Source: Octopus vulgaris (Eukaryota). Taken from it: DNA of 64,000 bases. Position numbers and translations under genes: made by a program. The notes below the pieces were generated by a model that made no database searches, was not told where the DNA came from, and was given only the letters and a program-made list of their open reading frames with translations. Shown one piece after another: positions 13,557 through 27,748 of the stretch. Where the stretch lies: the NCBI GenBank assembly GCA_951406725.2, contig OX597831.1, forward strand, positions 28,892,001 through 28,956,000. The letters run 5' to 3'. Within the stretch, counting starts at the first letter, position 1. The number at the start of each line of letters is the position of its first letter.

Positions 13557-15041
13557 GTGAGAGAGAAAGAGAGACAAAGTATATGAGAGAGGGAGAGATG
13601 GATAGATAGATAGAGAGATAGAGAGATAGATAGAGAGAGAGAGAGAATAGCAACATCAACAATAGAAGTCAGATTTTGTGAAGATGCCAAAGAGCGAACC
13701 TTATTTGTGTGCCTTTGTGCCAATTACACATATCTCGGCGGAGCAGTAAGTTGTTCAAAGCTTTCACATTCATGTCATAGAATAACTGCAATCAGAGAAA
13801 ATAGAATTTAACAATTAGAGAAAATATAATTAACAATGAGAGCAAATATAATTAACAATTTAAGAAAATATAATTAACAATTGGAGGAGATATAATTAAC
13901 AATTAGAGAAGATATAATTAACAATGAGAGCAAATATAATTAACAATGAGAGCAAATATAATTAACAATTTAAGAAAATATAATTAACAATTGGAGGAGA
14001 TATAATTAACATTTGGAGGAGATATAATTAACAATTGGAGGAGATATAATTAACAATTGGAGAAGATATAATTAAAAATTAAAGAAAATATAATTAACAA
14101 TTAGAGAAGATATAATTAAAAATTAAAGAAAATATAATTAACAATTAGAGAAGATATAATTAACAATTAGAGAAGATATAATTAACAACTAGAGAAAATA
14201 TAATTAACAATTAGAGAAGATATAATTAACAATTGGAAAAAATATAATTAACAATTAGGGAAGATATAATTAACAATTGGAGAAGATATAATTAACAATC
14301 AGAGAAAATATAATTAACAGAGAGGAAATGTAATTAACAATTAGTTATGATGCTGCAATTAAGCTGGCTCCAATACCTACTGCATAAAATATTTTGTGGA
14401 TGATAATAAAGAAATATAGCCTAGTGGTTAGGGTGTTGCTCCCAGGATTGAAAGATCATGGTTTCAATTCCCAGGCTGATGTGTTCTTGGGCAAAACACT
14501 TCATTTCACAACACTCCAGTCCACTCAGCTGCAAATGGGTACACCCTGCAATGGACTTGGGTCCTGCTTATGGGGAACGTTGACCTGGCTGCCTAGCCAG
14601 CTGTGTAGCATCATTCAAAAGCTACAGCAGTGTGAGGAAGTGCATTGTGACAAGTGAAGTACAACAACGTCCGACAGTCAGGTTGATACAGTGATAGACT
14701 GGTGTAGAAATTAACCAGCGTTTTCTATTTTTATTTTAATTTCTGGTGTTTTGTATAGAATTTTAAAACACCATTTGTATTTAGAGTAATAATAATAATA
14801 ATAATTTCAAATTTTTGCCACAAGGGCAGCTTGAGGGAGGTAGGGACAAGTAAATTACATCGGGACAAGTAAATTACATCGATCCCAGTGCATAACTAGT
14901 ACTTAATTTATCGACCCTGAAAGGATGAAAAGTAAAGTCGACCTCTGTGAAATTTGAACTCAGAATATAGCAACGGGCAAAATGCCACTAAGCATTTTGT
15001 CCAGCATGCTAACAATTCTGCCAGCTCACTGCCTTTTTAAA

Positions 15042-15076
<35 letters not shown>

Positions 15077-18000
15077 TAATAATAATAATAACAATAATCT
15101 TTTCTATTGCAAGCACAAGGCCTGTACTTTTGGGAGAGGGGCGAACTTTGTTACATAGACACGAGAGTTCGTCTGGGACTTATTTTATTGACCCCCCATA
15201 ATAGTAATCAGGATGAGGAGGAGGAAGACGAGAAGGAAGAGGAGGAGAAAAAGAAGAAGAAGAAATAAGATGCAAAGATGCTCACCTGTTTGACGATGAG
15301 TACGATTACTTCTGGATCTACTGCGTGATTTCGCAAAATACGAATATACTTCGACATCTGAAAGAAACAAATAAAAACAAAATGAATATTTGGGATTTTA
15401 GCACAAGGTCAGCAGTTTTAGTGGTCAGGAAAGGATGATCACACTGGACCCCCACCCATGATGCTTGATCTGTACTTTATTTTACTGATACTGAAAAGAT
15501 AAAAGATAAAGGGCAAAGTCGACTGTAAAAATAGGTGGGGGTCAGTGGGGCACCAATTTGGCAGCCCTTAAAAAAATAGATTCTCTAAGGACATTCCCTG
15601 GGATTAGGGGAGTCGCTGGCTTGAGTTTTGTTGTCCTTGCACCAAATCGTAATGGACAGAGAAACACCACTCAAATTTATAATAGGCGGTGCTCCAACAT
15701 GGCCACAGTCAAATGACTGAAACAAGTAGAAGTAAAAGAATATGTATGTATGTGTGTTGGGGCATGTGTTTCAGCCTTGGCATCATTGGATGGTCGTTAG
15801 TGTCACCATCATGCAAATGGTATCCTTTGTTTCCGATCTTTCAAGACATCAGGTCACTGATTGAGAAGTATTACCTTACTTGGAAATAAGTGAGGGGGGG
15901 GGGGGTGGCGAGAGGAAAGGCATTTAGCTGTACAAGATCCACCACCTCAACGTTCTGTATGACATGTGCGGGCATGGAAAGGTGGGCGTTAAGTGATGAC
16001 AAAGGTGATGATATTGATGATGATGATGCTACCATGAGACATCAATACAAACCGACCAACCAACCAACCAACCAACCAAACACTACCCAGACACACTGGA
16101 AATCCTCTGGCCCAAAACTGATCTTCCTCCATTCATAGCTATATAATGTACACTGTGACACTATCAACCCTTTCTTGACTTCTGTAAAAACCATATATGC
16201 CCTTTGTTTTACACACACATACATACTAATACAATTAAATGCAGCTCCTCAATGGGCCCCACACTACAAGAAGAGCCCAGTTTGGAAACAGGGTGAAGAA
16301 GCGTATAAAGATTTCTAACATATGTACATGGACACCAATGTAGTAGAAGGATGGCAGAGTAGGGGGGTTCGAGTCAGTTCACCCAACCCCAAAACATGAC
16401 TGGTATTTATTTCATTGACTCTTGTTGTGGGGGTGGATGCAGGAAGACATTAAATAAAGGGTGGTGGGGTTAGGATTGAAGGATTTCGATATGGTGGGGT
16501 GAAACAATTGGGAGAGGACAGTTTAGAGCTAAAGTCTCACACACACACACACAAAGGATGGTTTGTTGAAGGAGACCAGCGAGGATAACAAGAAGATACT
16601 TACAATCTTCTGTAGATTATCCAATGCATCTGGTTCCACTTCATTGTTTGGTATACGTCCACGTCGATCCTCCTTGTTCAGGCCAGCAATAGCTTCATGT
16701 TCAAGAATTGCAGGAACTGGAAAAGAAGATTATTAAGATCATTTATATCCATATCTATTGATCTGTCTGTCTATCTCATCATTCAACATCCATTTTCCAA
16801 GGCATAGGTTGGGCAGTTCAACAGGAACTGAAGAACTATAGGTCTGTGCCAAGCTCCAATGTCAACCTCAGCATGGTTTCTATGGCTGAATGCTCTTTCT
16901 AATGCCAATATAAATCTCTTAAAACAAAAAGTACTTATTGGATAATGTAGTCCCAGTTGATAAACTAGTACTACATGAAGAAGGTAGCAAAACAGTCATA
17001 ACCCTAAGAATATCATGTGGTTAGATAAATATAATGATATCATGTGGTTAGACAAATAGAGTGATATCATGTGGTTGGATAAATATAGTGATATCATGTA
17101 GTTAGATAAATATAGTGAGGCACTAAATATAAAATAGCACCCAGTAAAAGCTATAAAGGGTTGCATTAGGAAGGGCATCCAGCAGTAGAAACCATACCAA
17201 AGCAGAAACTGGATTATGACACAGGTGGAATGAAGTGGAGGCATGAATCTCAGTGGTTAGGGTGCTGGACTTATGATTGTAAGATTGTGGTTTTGATTCC
17301 TGGACCAGGTGATGTGTCGTGTTCTGGGAGCAAAATACTTCATTGCATATTGCTTCAGTCCACTCACCTGGCAAAAATGATTAATCCCGCAACTGACTGG
17401 CGTCCTCTCCAGGTGGGATATATATATGTCACTGAACCAGCAAACCACCTCTTATGAGTCACTATGAAAAGAAGGTGTGGAAGCGCAATGGCCCAGTGGT
17501 TAGGGCAGCGGACTCGTGGTCAAAGGATCGCAGTTTTGATTCCCAGACTGGGCATTGTGTGTGTTTATTGAGCAAAAACACCTAAAAGCTCCACGAGGCT
17601 CCGGCAAGGGGTGGTGGCGACCCCTGTTGTACTCTTTTGCCCCAACTTTCTCTCACTCTTTCTTCCTGTTTCTTGGGTAACGCTGCGATGGACTGGCATC
17701 CCGTCCAGTTGGGAGGAACACATACGCCACAGAAACCGGGCCCATGAGCCTGGCTAGGCTTGAAAAGGGCACATAAATAAAATGATGAGAAGGTAACTTT
17801 ACCATTTTTTTTTTACATGGAACATGGGTATTAAATGATGATGATATATAGACAATATTTAGACAACATGTAGACAATATTTACCAATATTTAGACATTG
17901 AAAACTATTGGAGATATTTACCAATATTTATACAATATTTTGACAAATTTTTCCAATAAGTAGACAAAGAATGATTGGAGATATTTACCAATAAGTTTAT

Positions 18001-18819
18001 CCAGGTTTTCTTTCATAACTTTGATTAACTGTCGGTAATTATAGACACACAGGTCGTTAAAGACTGGTCGGTATTCAGATAGGTCAAAGTTTCGTAAGCA
18101 GTGTTCATTTTGTTTGGGATTATTGGTATTTTGGTAACGCTGCAAAGATCAGACATGTAATATTCATGTATTAGATAGATAGATAGATGTATATATGTAT
18201 ACATAACTACATACATACACATGTATGTATGTGTACATATATATGTGTATATGTGTACATATATATGTGTATATGTGTGTGTGTGCGTGCGTATGTATAT
18301 GTTTAATTAATAGAGAAGTGATAGAGACAATTTGTGGAAGAAAAAAGAAAGGGAGATGACACACACAAATGGATGAAGAATGAAAAAGAAAATGAAAGTA
18401 AAAGTGAAATATATATATACATATAAGGGAGATGACCACTAAGTGGACATCCATTATGCTAGAAGTCAACCCTCTATGGTCTTACTACTAAGAAAGGAAT
18501 GTTCTCAAGAAAATTTAGCAAACATGGTAACAACGAAAAGGTTTGTGATTAATCTGTATATTTTGTATCTTTTCATTTGTCTTGCTCACTTACGTTCTGG
18601 CGTTTGCTAAATTTTCTTGAGAACACTCCTTTCTTAGTAGTTAGAGGATAGGGGGTTGATTTCCAGCGTAATGGATGTCCACTTAGTGGTCATCCCTCTT
18701 ATATGTATGTAATATAATTTTTTCTGAAACTTCAGATTTTTCTGTATGCTAGACCACTGGTTTTAAATTGATATTAATCTAATTAACATTCAATTTTTCA
18801 CCCTTATTATTTTAAATCT

Positions 18820-18882
<63 letters not shown>

Positions 18883-19491
18883 AAGAATGAGAGGCAAAGA
18901 AAAAAGAGAGAGAGAGAAAGAGAGGGGGAGTGATAAATAAAAAAGGAAAGCCTACCTTCTCTCCACTGTATTGTTTCAAATTGTGTAACAAACGGCAACA
19001 ATTGGCAAGCCATAACGTCACTCTTTCTATATCATTGGTGTTTTTCTGTAATGACAAATATACAACACAACATATTATAATTACAATCACAATCACAATT
19101 ATAATTATTATTATTATCATTAATTATTTTTACCACTACTACTACTATGACAGTTGATGTATGATTCTTTCATTTTTGTTAATAGTATATACCATGTACA
19201 TACGTGCTTTTCTGCATTGTTCTGTGTGCTGTGTGGGGGTCCAGCATGCCAAAGAAAAGACCCAACTTTTCCTCTGGATGTCATAAAAGGTGACTAAAAG
19301 AGGTTGATGTAGGATCTACTGTCCTTTCTCACAAAGTCTTCAACCAGCAACGACTACACAAACAGATCCCATGGGTTGGAAGGTTATTGCCTGAGTAGTA
19401 CAAAGGTGTCATTCACCAGGAGTAAGGCACCACCAACAGATGGTGGATGCAGCAACATGCTATAACAGAGCATTACCCCATACTACTACTG

Positions 19492-19531
<40 letters not shown>

Positions 19532-21148
19532 CATCACTACTACTTCATTCTAAGTTAATCCCCACACTTTATGTTCATTTTTGTATTGTCCTGCTCATCC
19601 ACTGCCTTAGTGACAAATAAAAGAAATCATTATTATTATTATCAATATTCATCATCATCATCATTTAACGTCCGTTTTCCATGCTAGCATGGGTTGGACG
19701 GTTCAACTGGGGTCTGGGAAGCCAGAAGGCTGCGCCAGGCCCAGTCTGATCTGGCAGTGTTTCTATGGCTGGATGCCCTTCCTAACGCCAACCACTTCGT
19801 GAGTGTAGTGGGTGCTTTTTACGTGCCACCTGTACAGGTGCCAGACGAGGCTGGCAAACGGCCATGATCGGATGGTGCTTTTTATGTGCCACCGGCACGG
19901 GGGCCAGACGAGGCTGGCAACAGCCACAATCGGATGGTGTGTTTTACGTGCCACTGGCATGGAGGCCAGTTGGGGCGGCGCAGGCAACGGCCATGTTCGG
20001 ATGGTTCTCTTACGTGCCATCGGCACTGGTATCACAGCTACAATTTCCATTGATGTTGATCGATTTTGATTTCGATTTTCACTTGCCTCAACAGGTCTTC
20101 ACAAGTAGGGTTTGCGTCACAAGAAGGAAAATCATTATTATGCATGGATTGTGGTTTCGATTCTGGGACCAGTGCACTCAGCTGGCAAAAATGAGTAATC
20201 ATATGACGGACCGGCATCCTGTCCAGGTGGGGGGAATATATATGTCATGGAAACTGGGAAACTGGCGCTTATGAGTCAGTATAACTCGAGAAGGTAACTT
20301 TACTTTTCATTTTTTACCTATCCATTTCAGCAGCTTTAATGTTAAATGACCTTGAAATGATGACAAACAAAAGTGACTCCTGCAGGATCTGAACACAGAA
20401 CATAAAAAGCTGGTATATATAAATTTGCCTTCATCTTTTTTATTTTAAATTTATAACTTTTCTTACATAGAATAAAGAAATCTTTATATATAAAAGTGAA
20501 GTTGTGTGTCTGTTTCCTACGATTTAGATTCCTAACTACTCCCACATTTTGCGGTGCAGTGTAACCAAAAGCGGGTATCTTATAGTCGTGATTCATATCG
20601 AGCCCTTCTGGGTATTAGCGTATGTCTACGATGAGTCTACGATTTAAAAAAAAAATTTACCAATATTTTTAATGCATTTTTTTGCTATTATATAAGGGAA
20701 GTAACTCTCTAAAAATGTATTATTCAATCTCAGAACGTAAAAAACTACAGTAACACCCCCCTTTGTGGTTAGCCATATTGAGATGGCTATTATGGCTTTA
20801 CATCTCTAAAAATGCTTATATAGTTATTTCCCTTACAAACCCGAGCAACGCCGGGCGATACTGCTAGTATATAAATAAAATCTGCAACAATTCTTGAGAG
20901 AATTCATAAGGACACAAACAGTTATCTCCCTTACCTTTACCACTCTCTTTATGCCATTGACCACACCGGTCAGCAGGCTACACACTTTCTCGTCTTCATT
21001 GATATGGTCAGTGTGTCTGATACACATGAAAATTATATAGGCTGGTAGTCCAGGTAACATAGACTCGGCAACATAAGGCTGGAGATCTAGACAGAGAAAG
21101 AGAGACAAAAAATTTATTGAATATATGTGTGAGTATGTATATACACAC

Positions 21149-21185
<37 letters not shown>

Positions 21186-21392
21186 AATAAGAAAATGGAG
21201 AAACAATTTAGTTTGTTCATCAACTTTCGGATATTATAATGTTGAATTATTTATTCATTTAATAAAATGAGAACCTTAATAGCATACATATATACATTAT
21301 AATTCAATACATATAAGATAAGAATACAAATTATAAAATCATAATATAAATTATTGAAATCATTAAAATCACTCCTTACAGCTGTTTCAGCA

Positions 21393-21442
<50 letters not shown>

Positions 21443-24400
21443 AGTGAGTAGGCAAATGAAAGATTCAAACTCCTATGGCTAAAGACTAGCATCATGCTTG
21501 AAACTCAGAGTACCAAGGAGTTTGAATCAAACTGTTTTGATCCATATATATATATATATATGTGTGTAAGGAGGGTGAGAATTCACAAAAAAAAAAAAAA
21601 AAAGACGAAGACAGGGGGTGTAGACAACAAACAGCCTGGTCTGGGAATCAAACTCACTACCTCATAATTGTCAGCCCGATGCTCTAACCACTAAGCTATG
21701 CTCCTTCACTCACCTACAGCTGAGTGAACTGGAACAACGTGAAATAAAGTGTCTTGCTCAAGAACACAATACACACCCCAGCCCAAGAGCTGACATATAC
21801 ATAAAAAAAGAAAAACTTCCAGGGGGATAGGGCTACAGGTAACATTCCTCACACTTTCTGGAAATACTTCATTCAACTGACAAGATGCAAACCTATACAG
21901 TTCTCCTGCCCCACAAATGAAATGAAACACTAAAATGTGTCCAATAGATTTGAACTCTCATAGCATTAATTAAAGAGTCCAATAAATAACTCTTGTATAT
22001 TGGTTGATAAAGTAGAGAGAGACGTTGCTGACTTGAACTTAACTTCTCTGGAACCATACAAATTCAGCAGACAAACTGCCAGAGATGTCAGCATAACAAT
22101 TCCTCGTAGTTCTCATAGAAACAATCAGAATCAGAATCCAGTTGAGTTTGATTGGACATGTTTTACCCATACACATCATCCATCTTGGTCTTGCATTAGT
22201 CGAGGGATGTCTTCATGGAGGCATCTAGTGCTTCTGGTGATCGGCATGTGTTGTGTTCGGATGACCTGCACAAGTATGGCTACGCTTTGGTATCCATAGC
22301 TGTTGGTCACTTACCAGTTCTTGATTCCTGGGAATCAAACCTGTCAGACAACCTTAAGAGGAATTTTTTTTTTCCCTGTGCAACAGCTGAGTCAGCCTTT
22401 TTATATGGAGCAACAGGCTGGGCACTTACCAGAAACCTGGAATCCAAGTCAGATGGAACTTACACCTGAATGCTAACAGCAGTCTTAAATATATCTTGGA
22501 GAACTCATCCCACAAAGAGACATCTGTAAGGAGATCTCCTGCCTGTTTCCATAATTATAAGGCCAAGGTGCCTGTGCTTTGCAGGACATTGAAGAGGAGA
22601 CCCCCTTCGGTCATAATTCACCATGAGACTGCACCTAGAAAGTTACCCTCCCAGGCACAAGTCAGGGCAAGATTGTTTGTGGAAGACCAGCAGTCACCCA
22701 TGCATACTAGCCTCTCCTCTCCACACCACTGATGTTATCCAAGAAGAAAGGCAAAGGCCGATACAGCTTGGCACCAGTGATGTCGAAACTCATTTCTACA
22801 GCTGAGTTAACTGGAGCAACATGAAATAAAGTGTCTTGCTCAAGAACACAACACACAGCCTGGTCTGGGAATCGAACTCACAACCTCATGATCGTAAGCT
22901 CTATGCTCTAACTATTGAGCCATAGGACATTATTGGTGAGCTTAAACAAGAGCTGGCAAGTGACCGACTGCTATGGCTGTCAAAGCATGGCCGTACTTGA
23001 GCAGGTCATCCGAACACAACGCATGTAGATTAACTCATCACAGACACTGGATGCCACCCTGAAGACCTCTCTCAACTAATGCAAAGGTAGAATCAGTCCT
23101 TTTATATGGAGCAACAGCCTGGATGCTTACCAAAAAACTGGAATTCAAGCTAGATGGAACTTACACCTGAATGCTAAGAGCAGTCTTAAACATTATCTTG
23201 GAGAACTCATCCGACCAAGAAACAGCTGTATGGATATCACTTGCTTGTTTCCATCATTATAAAGGAAAGGTGTCTGTGCTTTACAGGACATTGCTGGTCA
23301 GCTGAACAAGAGCAGTCAGAATAAACTAAAAACAAAAATTAAACCATTTCTTACCAAATACAAGGTTCTTAATGAGTGCTGTCTCATCGGTCTTGTTATA
23401 TTCCAGCATTCCGAGATATTCCCGTTCTTGGTGTTTAACAGCAGCCATTACACCAGATTCTTCTTGTTCATCACGATCTAATTCAGCAGCAATTTCGGCA
23501 GCTGGAAACAGAACAAGAAAACAACAAGTTTTATAGGGATTATTCCACACTTTGCAATATTCAAAGAATTATATACACACACAAAAAGTGTTTCGAAATT
23601 TTATAGTTTTACTGAGCATATTTTCAAAATTTCATAAAATTTTCCAAGAAATTTTCAGATTTGCATGAAGTCAGGACACAGTTAAACAAATTTCAAGAGA
23701 ATTACTGTAAATTTTTTTAAAATTCCATAAGATCATTTTATAATTTTCAGAATTCCACAGAATTATTACATTTTGTTTTAAAATTCCATAGAATTATCAT
23801 AAAAATTTTAGCACGTTTTAAAGAGTTATTGCACAATTATCAGATTTACTCCAATTTTTATAGAATTATATAAAATTACTACAGAAATTTCATAATTCCA
23901 CAGAATTGCAACATAATCTGAAATTCACGAGATGTTTAATAGTTATTTAATGTAAAACACGTGAATGGATATGTGAAACTGATGAATGCACTTGTATTTA
24001 GTGAGGATTTCCACAGATGATTCCATCTGCTGGTGACAGTAACTACAGATGAACACATCTGCTAACATTAGATAGCATCTAATATTAGCAACAGACAACT
24101 ACATCTGTTAACAGTAGTAACAGATAAGAACATCGGCTAACAATAGCAACAGCTGACTACATCTGTTAATAACAGTAACATATGAGAATATTTTTCTACC
24201 ATTAGCAACAGATGACCACATCTGCTAATGCTAGCAACAGACGACCACATCTGTTAACAGTAGTAACAGATGAGAGCATCGGCTAACAATAGCAACAGCT
24301 GACTACATCTGTTAACAACAGTAACATATGAGAATATTTTTCTACCATTAGCAACAGATGACCACATCTGCTAATACTAGCAACAGATGACCACATCTGC

Positions 24401-27324
24401 TAACTATAGCATCAGGTATATACAATGGCTGATAATTCTCTATGAAAGCCAACCAGTAAATTATGCACAACAAATGTTTTCTTTCTCAACTGTTTCTTTG
24501 TTTCCAGGAGATTTTATCTATGTAATGATGAGGTGTTGGTGTACAGACACATGTGGGGATCATGTGGCCAGGATTTGGTATACAGGTACATGTAGGAGTC
24601 ATGATTTGATGTTAATGTACAGGTACATCTGACTGTCATACGATCTAGTGTTGTTGTACAGACACATGTCTGAATCATGTGGCCAGGATTTGGTATACAG
24701 GTACATGTAGGAGTCATATGATTTGATGTTAGTGTACAGGTACATCTGGCTGTCATATGATTGAGTGTTGGTGTACAGACACATGTGGGAATCACGTGGC
24801 CAGGATTTGGTACACAGGTACATGTAGGAGTCATATGATTTGATGTTAGTGTACAGGTACATCTGGCTGTCATACGATCTAGTGTTGGTGTACAGATACA
24901 TGTGGGAATTGTGTGATCTGATGTCAGTGTACAGATACATGTAGGAGACATGTGGTCTGGTGTTTGTGACCAGACACATGACTGAGTCATATGGTTGAGT
25001 GTTGGTGTACAGATACATGTGATGATCATGTGACATGGTGACATTATGTGAGCAAAATGGTTTTTGTTGGTGATGGTGAAGTGTGAAGTGTCTACAAGGA
25101 GGCCATGCATATATAAAGTCACAGAGGGAGACATGGTGGCACAGAGTAGTGTGAAAGAAACTGAAGGGTATATAACAATATATTAACATGTAGCAGCATC
25201 AGCAGCAGCACCTACAGCAACAGGCAAGGAGAGCAGTAGAGGAGAGGTGGGTGGGAGGTGTGTAGTCAGTGTATTAAAAAGACAACAACAGCAACAACAA
25301 AATTAAACAACATCAGTATTACAGTGTCCATTAGACATTCAGGGACACACTTGTTGCAAAAAACATTGCAGGATGCACTCTGTGAAATGGTGGCGCAAAA
25401 GAAGAAGTAAAAGAAAAGGGGAAATTAATGAAAAAAAAAAGACAATCCACATGCAAAAATGTGCTTGGGTGGGCACTAATTTTGAAATATTTCAGAAAAT
25501 ATTGATTTCAAATTTTCGGCACAAGACAGCAGGTTTGGGGAAGGGGATAAATCAATTACCATGACCCGGGAACTTATTTTATCGACCCGAAAGGATGAAC
25601 AGCAAAGCCGACCTCGGCAGAGTTTGAACCCAGAATGTAAAGATGGACAAGATGCAGCTAAGCAATCTACCCAGCATGCTAACGATTCTGGAAACAGGTT
25701 GCCTTAAATATTTCAGAAGATATTAACAGCTAATTATCTTCACTAATGTCACATTGGGGATTTACTGATGAATTCCTGGCTCTGTTTAGGTCCCAACATA
25801 TTTAGATTAACAAATGTATATTGAAGAATCTTAAGGTACGTCTCCAAGATGGACTTAGCACATGTTACGCTTGACAGGATTATGGTACAGTTGAATCCAA
25901 ACACCCAGTTTTAGGTCACATAACGCCTCAAATGATTAACATATTGACACACAGTTTTTAGTTTTCTGTTTGTTCAGAGCGGAGACAGTGGAGAAGGAGA
26001 GAAGGAGGGTGGAAGATATCCTTAAATTGAAGGCCAAAGTGAAGCCACTAAAAGTATCCAAGGATCAGGCAATGGATTAAGGCTACAACATCAAGTGTAG
26101 CCAGGGTGAGATTCGAACTCAAAACGCAAAAAACAGAGACAAACACCACAAAAATAGCATCCAGTCCAATATTTGCTTACAGTTCAGCCAACTTAGATGA
26201 ATTGGTACCGTTTTATCAACATCTCCATCCACCAAAACGGTGAAAGGCAAAGTTGTATGTGTGCATGGTTCAGTGATTACGTTGCTTCAGTTCACTCAGC
26301 TGCGATGTCACTGGGTAGTGACATCCACTACAGCAGATACAGTATTCTCTGACATACGTGGTACATAATGTGAATACATAAGCTTAACATTCACACATTG
26401 CCACCACTCTCCAAACCCTCTTGCGTTCCACATGGAATTTTTGATTTGGGGTTGACTTACCATATTTGGCTGTAAATATTGGTCTAAAAAAAATTTCAAC
26501 TTGAATGCCAGAAAGCACAGCATTTCAAACATAGATGGGTTTCATTTAGTCACAGCAGACATTACTATTACTAGTGTTCACCATTACCATTACGCATGTA
26601 TACACACACACACACACACATTTCTTGCTTTGGGCTGTTTCCTCTACCAGTCAATATTCACTGTTTAATATTTTAGCCTTTGTTGTCTCCATTATCTACG
26701 GCTTTCCCTCCACCCGACCCCATCCATTTTGTTTATAAGCAGAGGCAGAATCAGGTTTTGCAGCTGATTATCTTTCATACAGCTGATTATTTAGTCATGA
26801 AGAATCGACATAAACTCCTTCTTGCCAGCCAGGGATACTGACGAGAGCAGAGTTATGTCCCCTTGCAGTGCCTAAGATAACGTCGTGTCTGGTATTAAAA
26901 CTGGGGCGCCGTAACCGCATGGTCAGGGTATACAGTTAGTTTTTCTACCATTTGATGATGATGATGATGATGATGATGATACAAGCTTCCACACAGTTTC
27001 CATCAGCCAAATTCACTCACAAAGCATTAGTTGGCTCAGAGGCGCTGAGTTAGAGAAGAAGACACACCTGCTCAAGGTGCTACGTAGTGGGACTGAACTA
27101 GAAACCAAACAGTTGCAAACCAAGGTTCTTAACCACACAACCATGCCTGAACCTATAAATTATTATTATTTTTTTTACTCGTCTTCCAATTTTGGAATCC
27201 TTCAACAGGAATACAAAGAAAGAACTCGGCAAGAACACAAGAAACACGTGTGAGAGGAGAAGGAAGAGGAGGAAGTTGGTAAGTGTTGAAACAACTTTAC
27301 ACAAAGATATTAAATTTTTCAAAA

Positions 27325-27357
<33 letters not shown>

Positions 27358-27702
27358 AATTAAATAGCAGTCAAAAAACAACAAAGAAAAAAAAGGATTT
27401 ATTTTTCATGCTACCACATACTGCCAGAGTGGATACAGCATGTGGTGGGGTTGGATGGTGGTGACATCGATCACTGACATAATCTTACCCGATGTCGGAC
27501 TCAAAGACGTGGCTGATACAAGACTCTGGAATCTTCGGAATGGACCTAACAATAGTTGTTTCGTTGTTGTTGGGTTTTGTTTTGTTTTTTGTTAGTTTTT
27601 TTGTTGTTTTTTTTGGTTTAGAAAGTTAGAAGAAAAGATGAAATATAATGGTTGAATATATAGAAAGAATAACGTTGATAAATAATATTAATAATAATAA
27701 TG

Positions 27703-27748
<46 letters not shown>

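Noticed and set aside
12760-14345. Regular short repeats resembling CRISPR arrays
   Set aside because: No unique spacers or cas genes; eukaryotic intronic minisatellites.
24514-25189. 206-aa and 196-aa ORFs with 13-aa Cys/Thr/His periodicity
   Set aside because: Translation of a 39-bp intronic minisatellite; overlapping frames are open and there are no matching splice sites.
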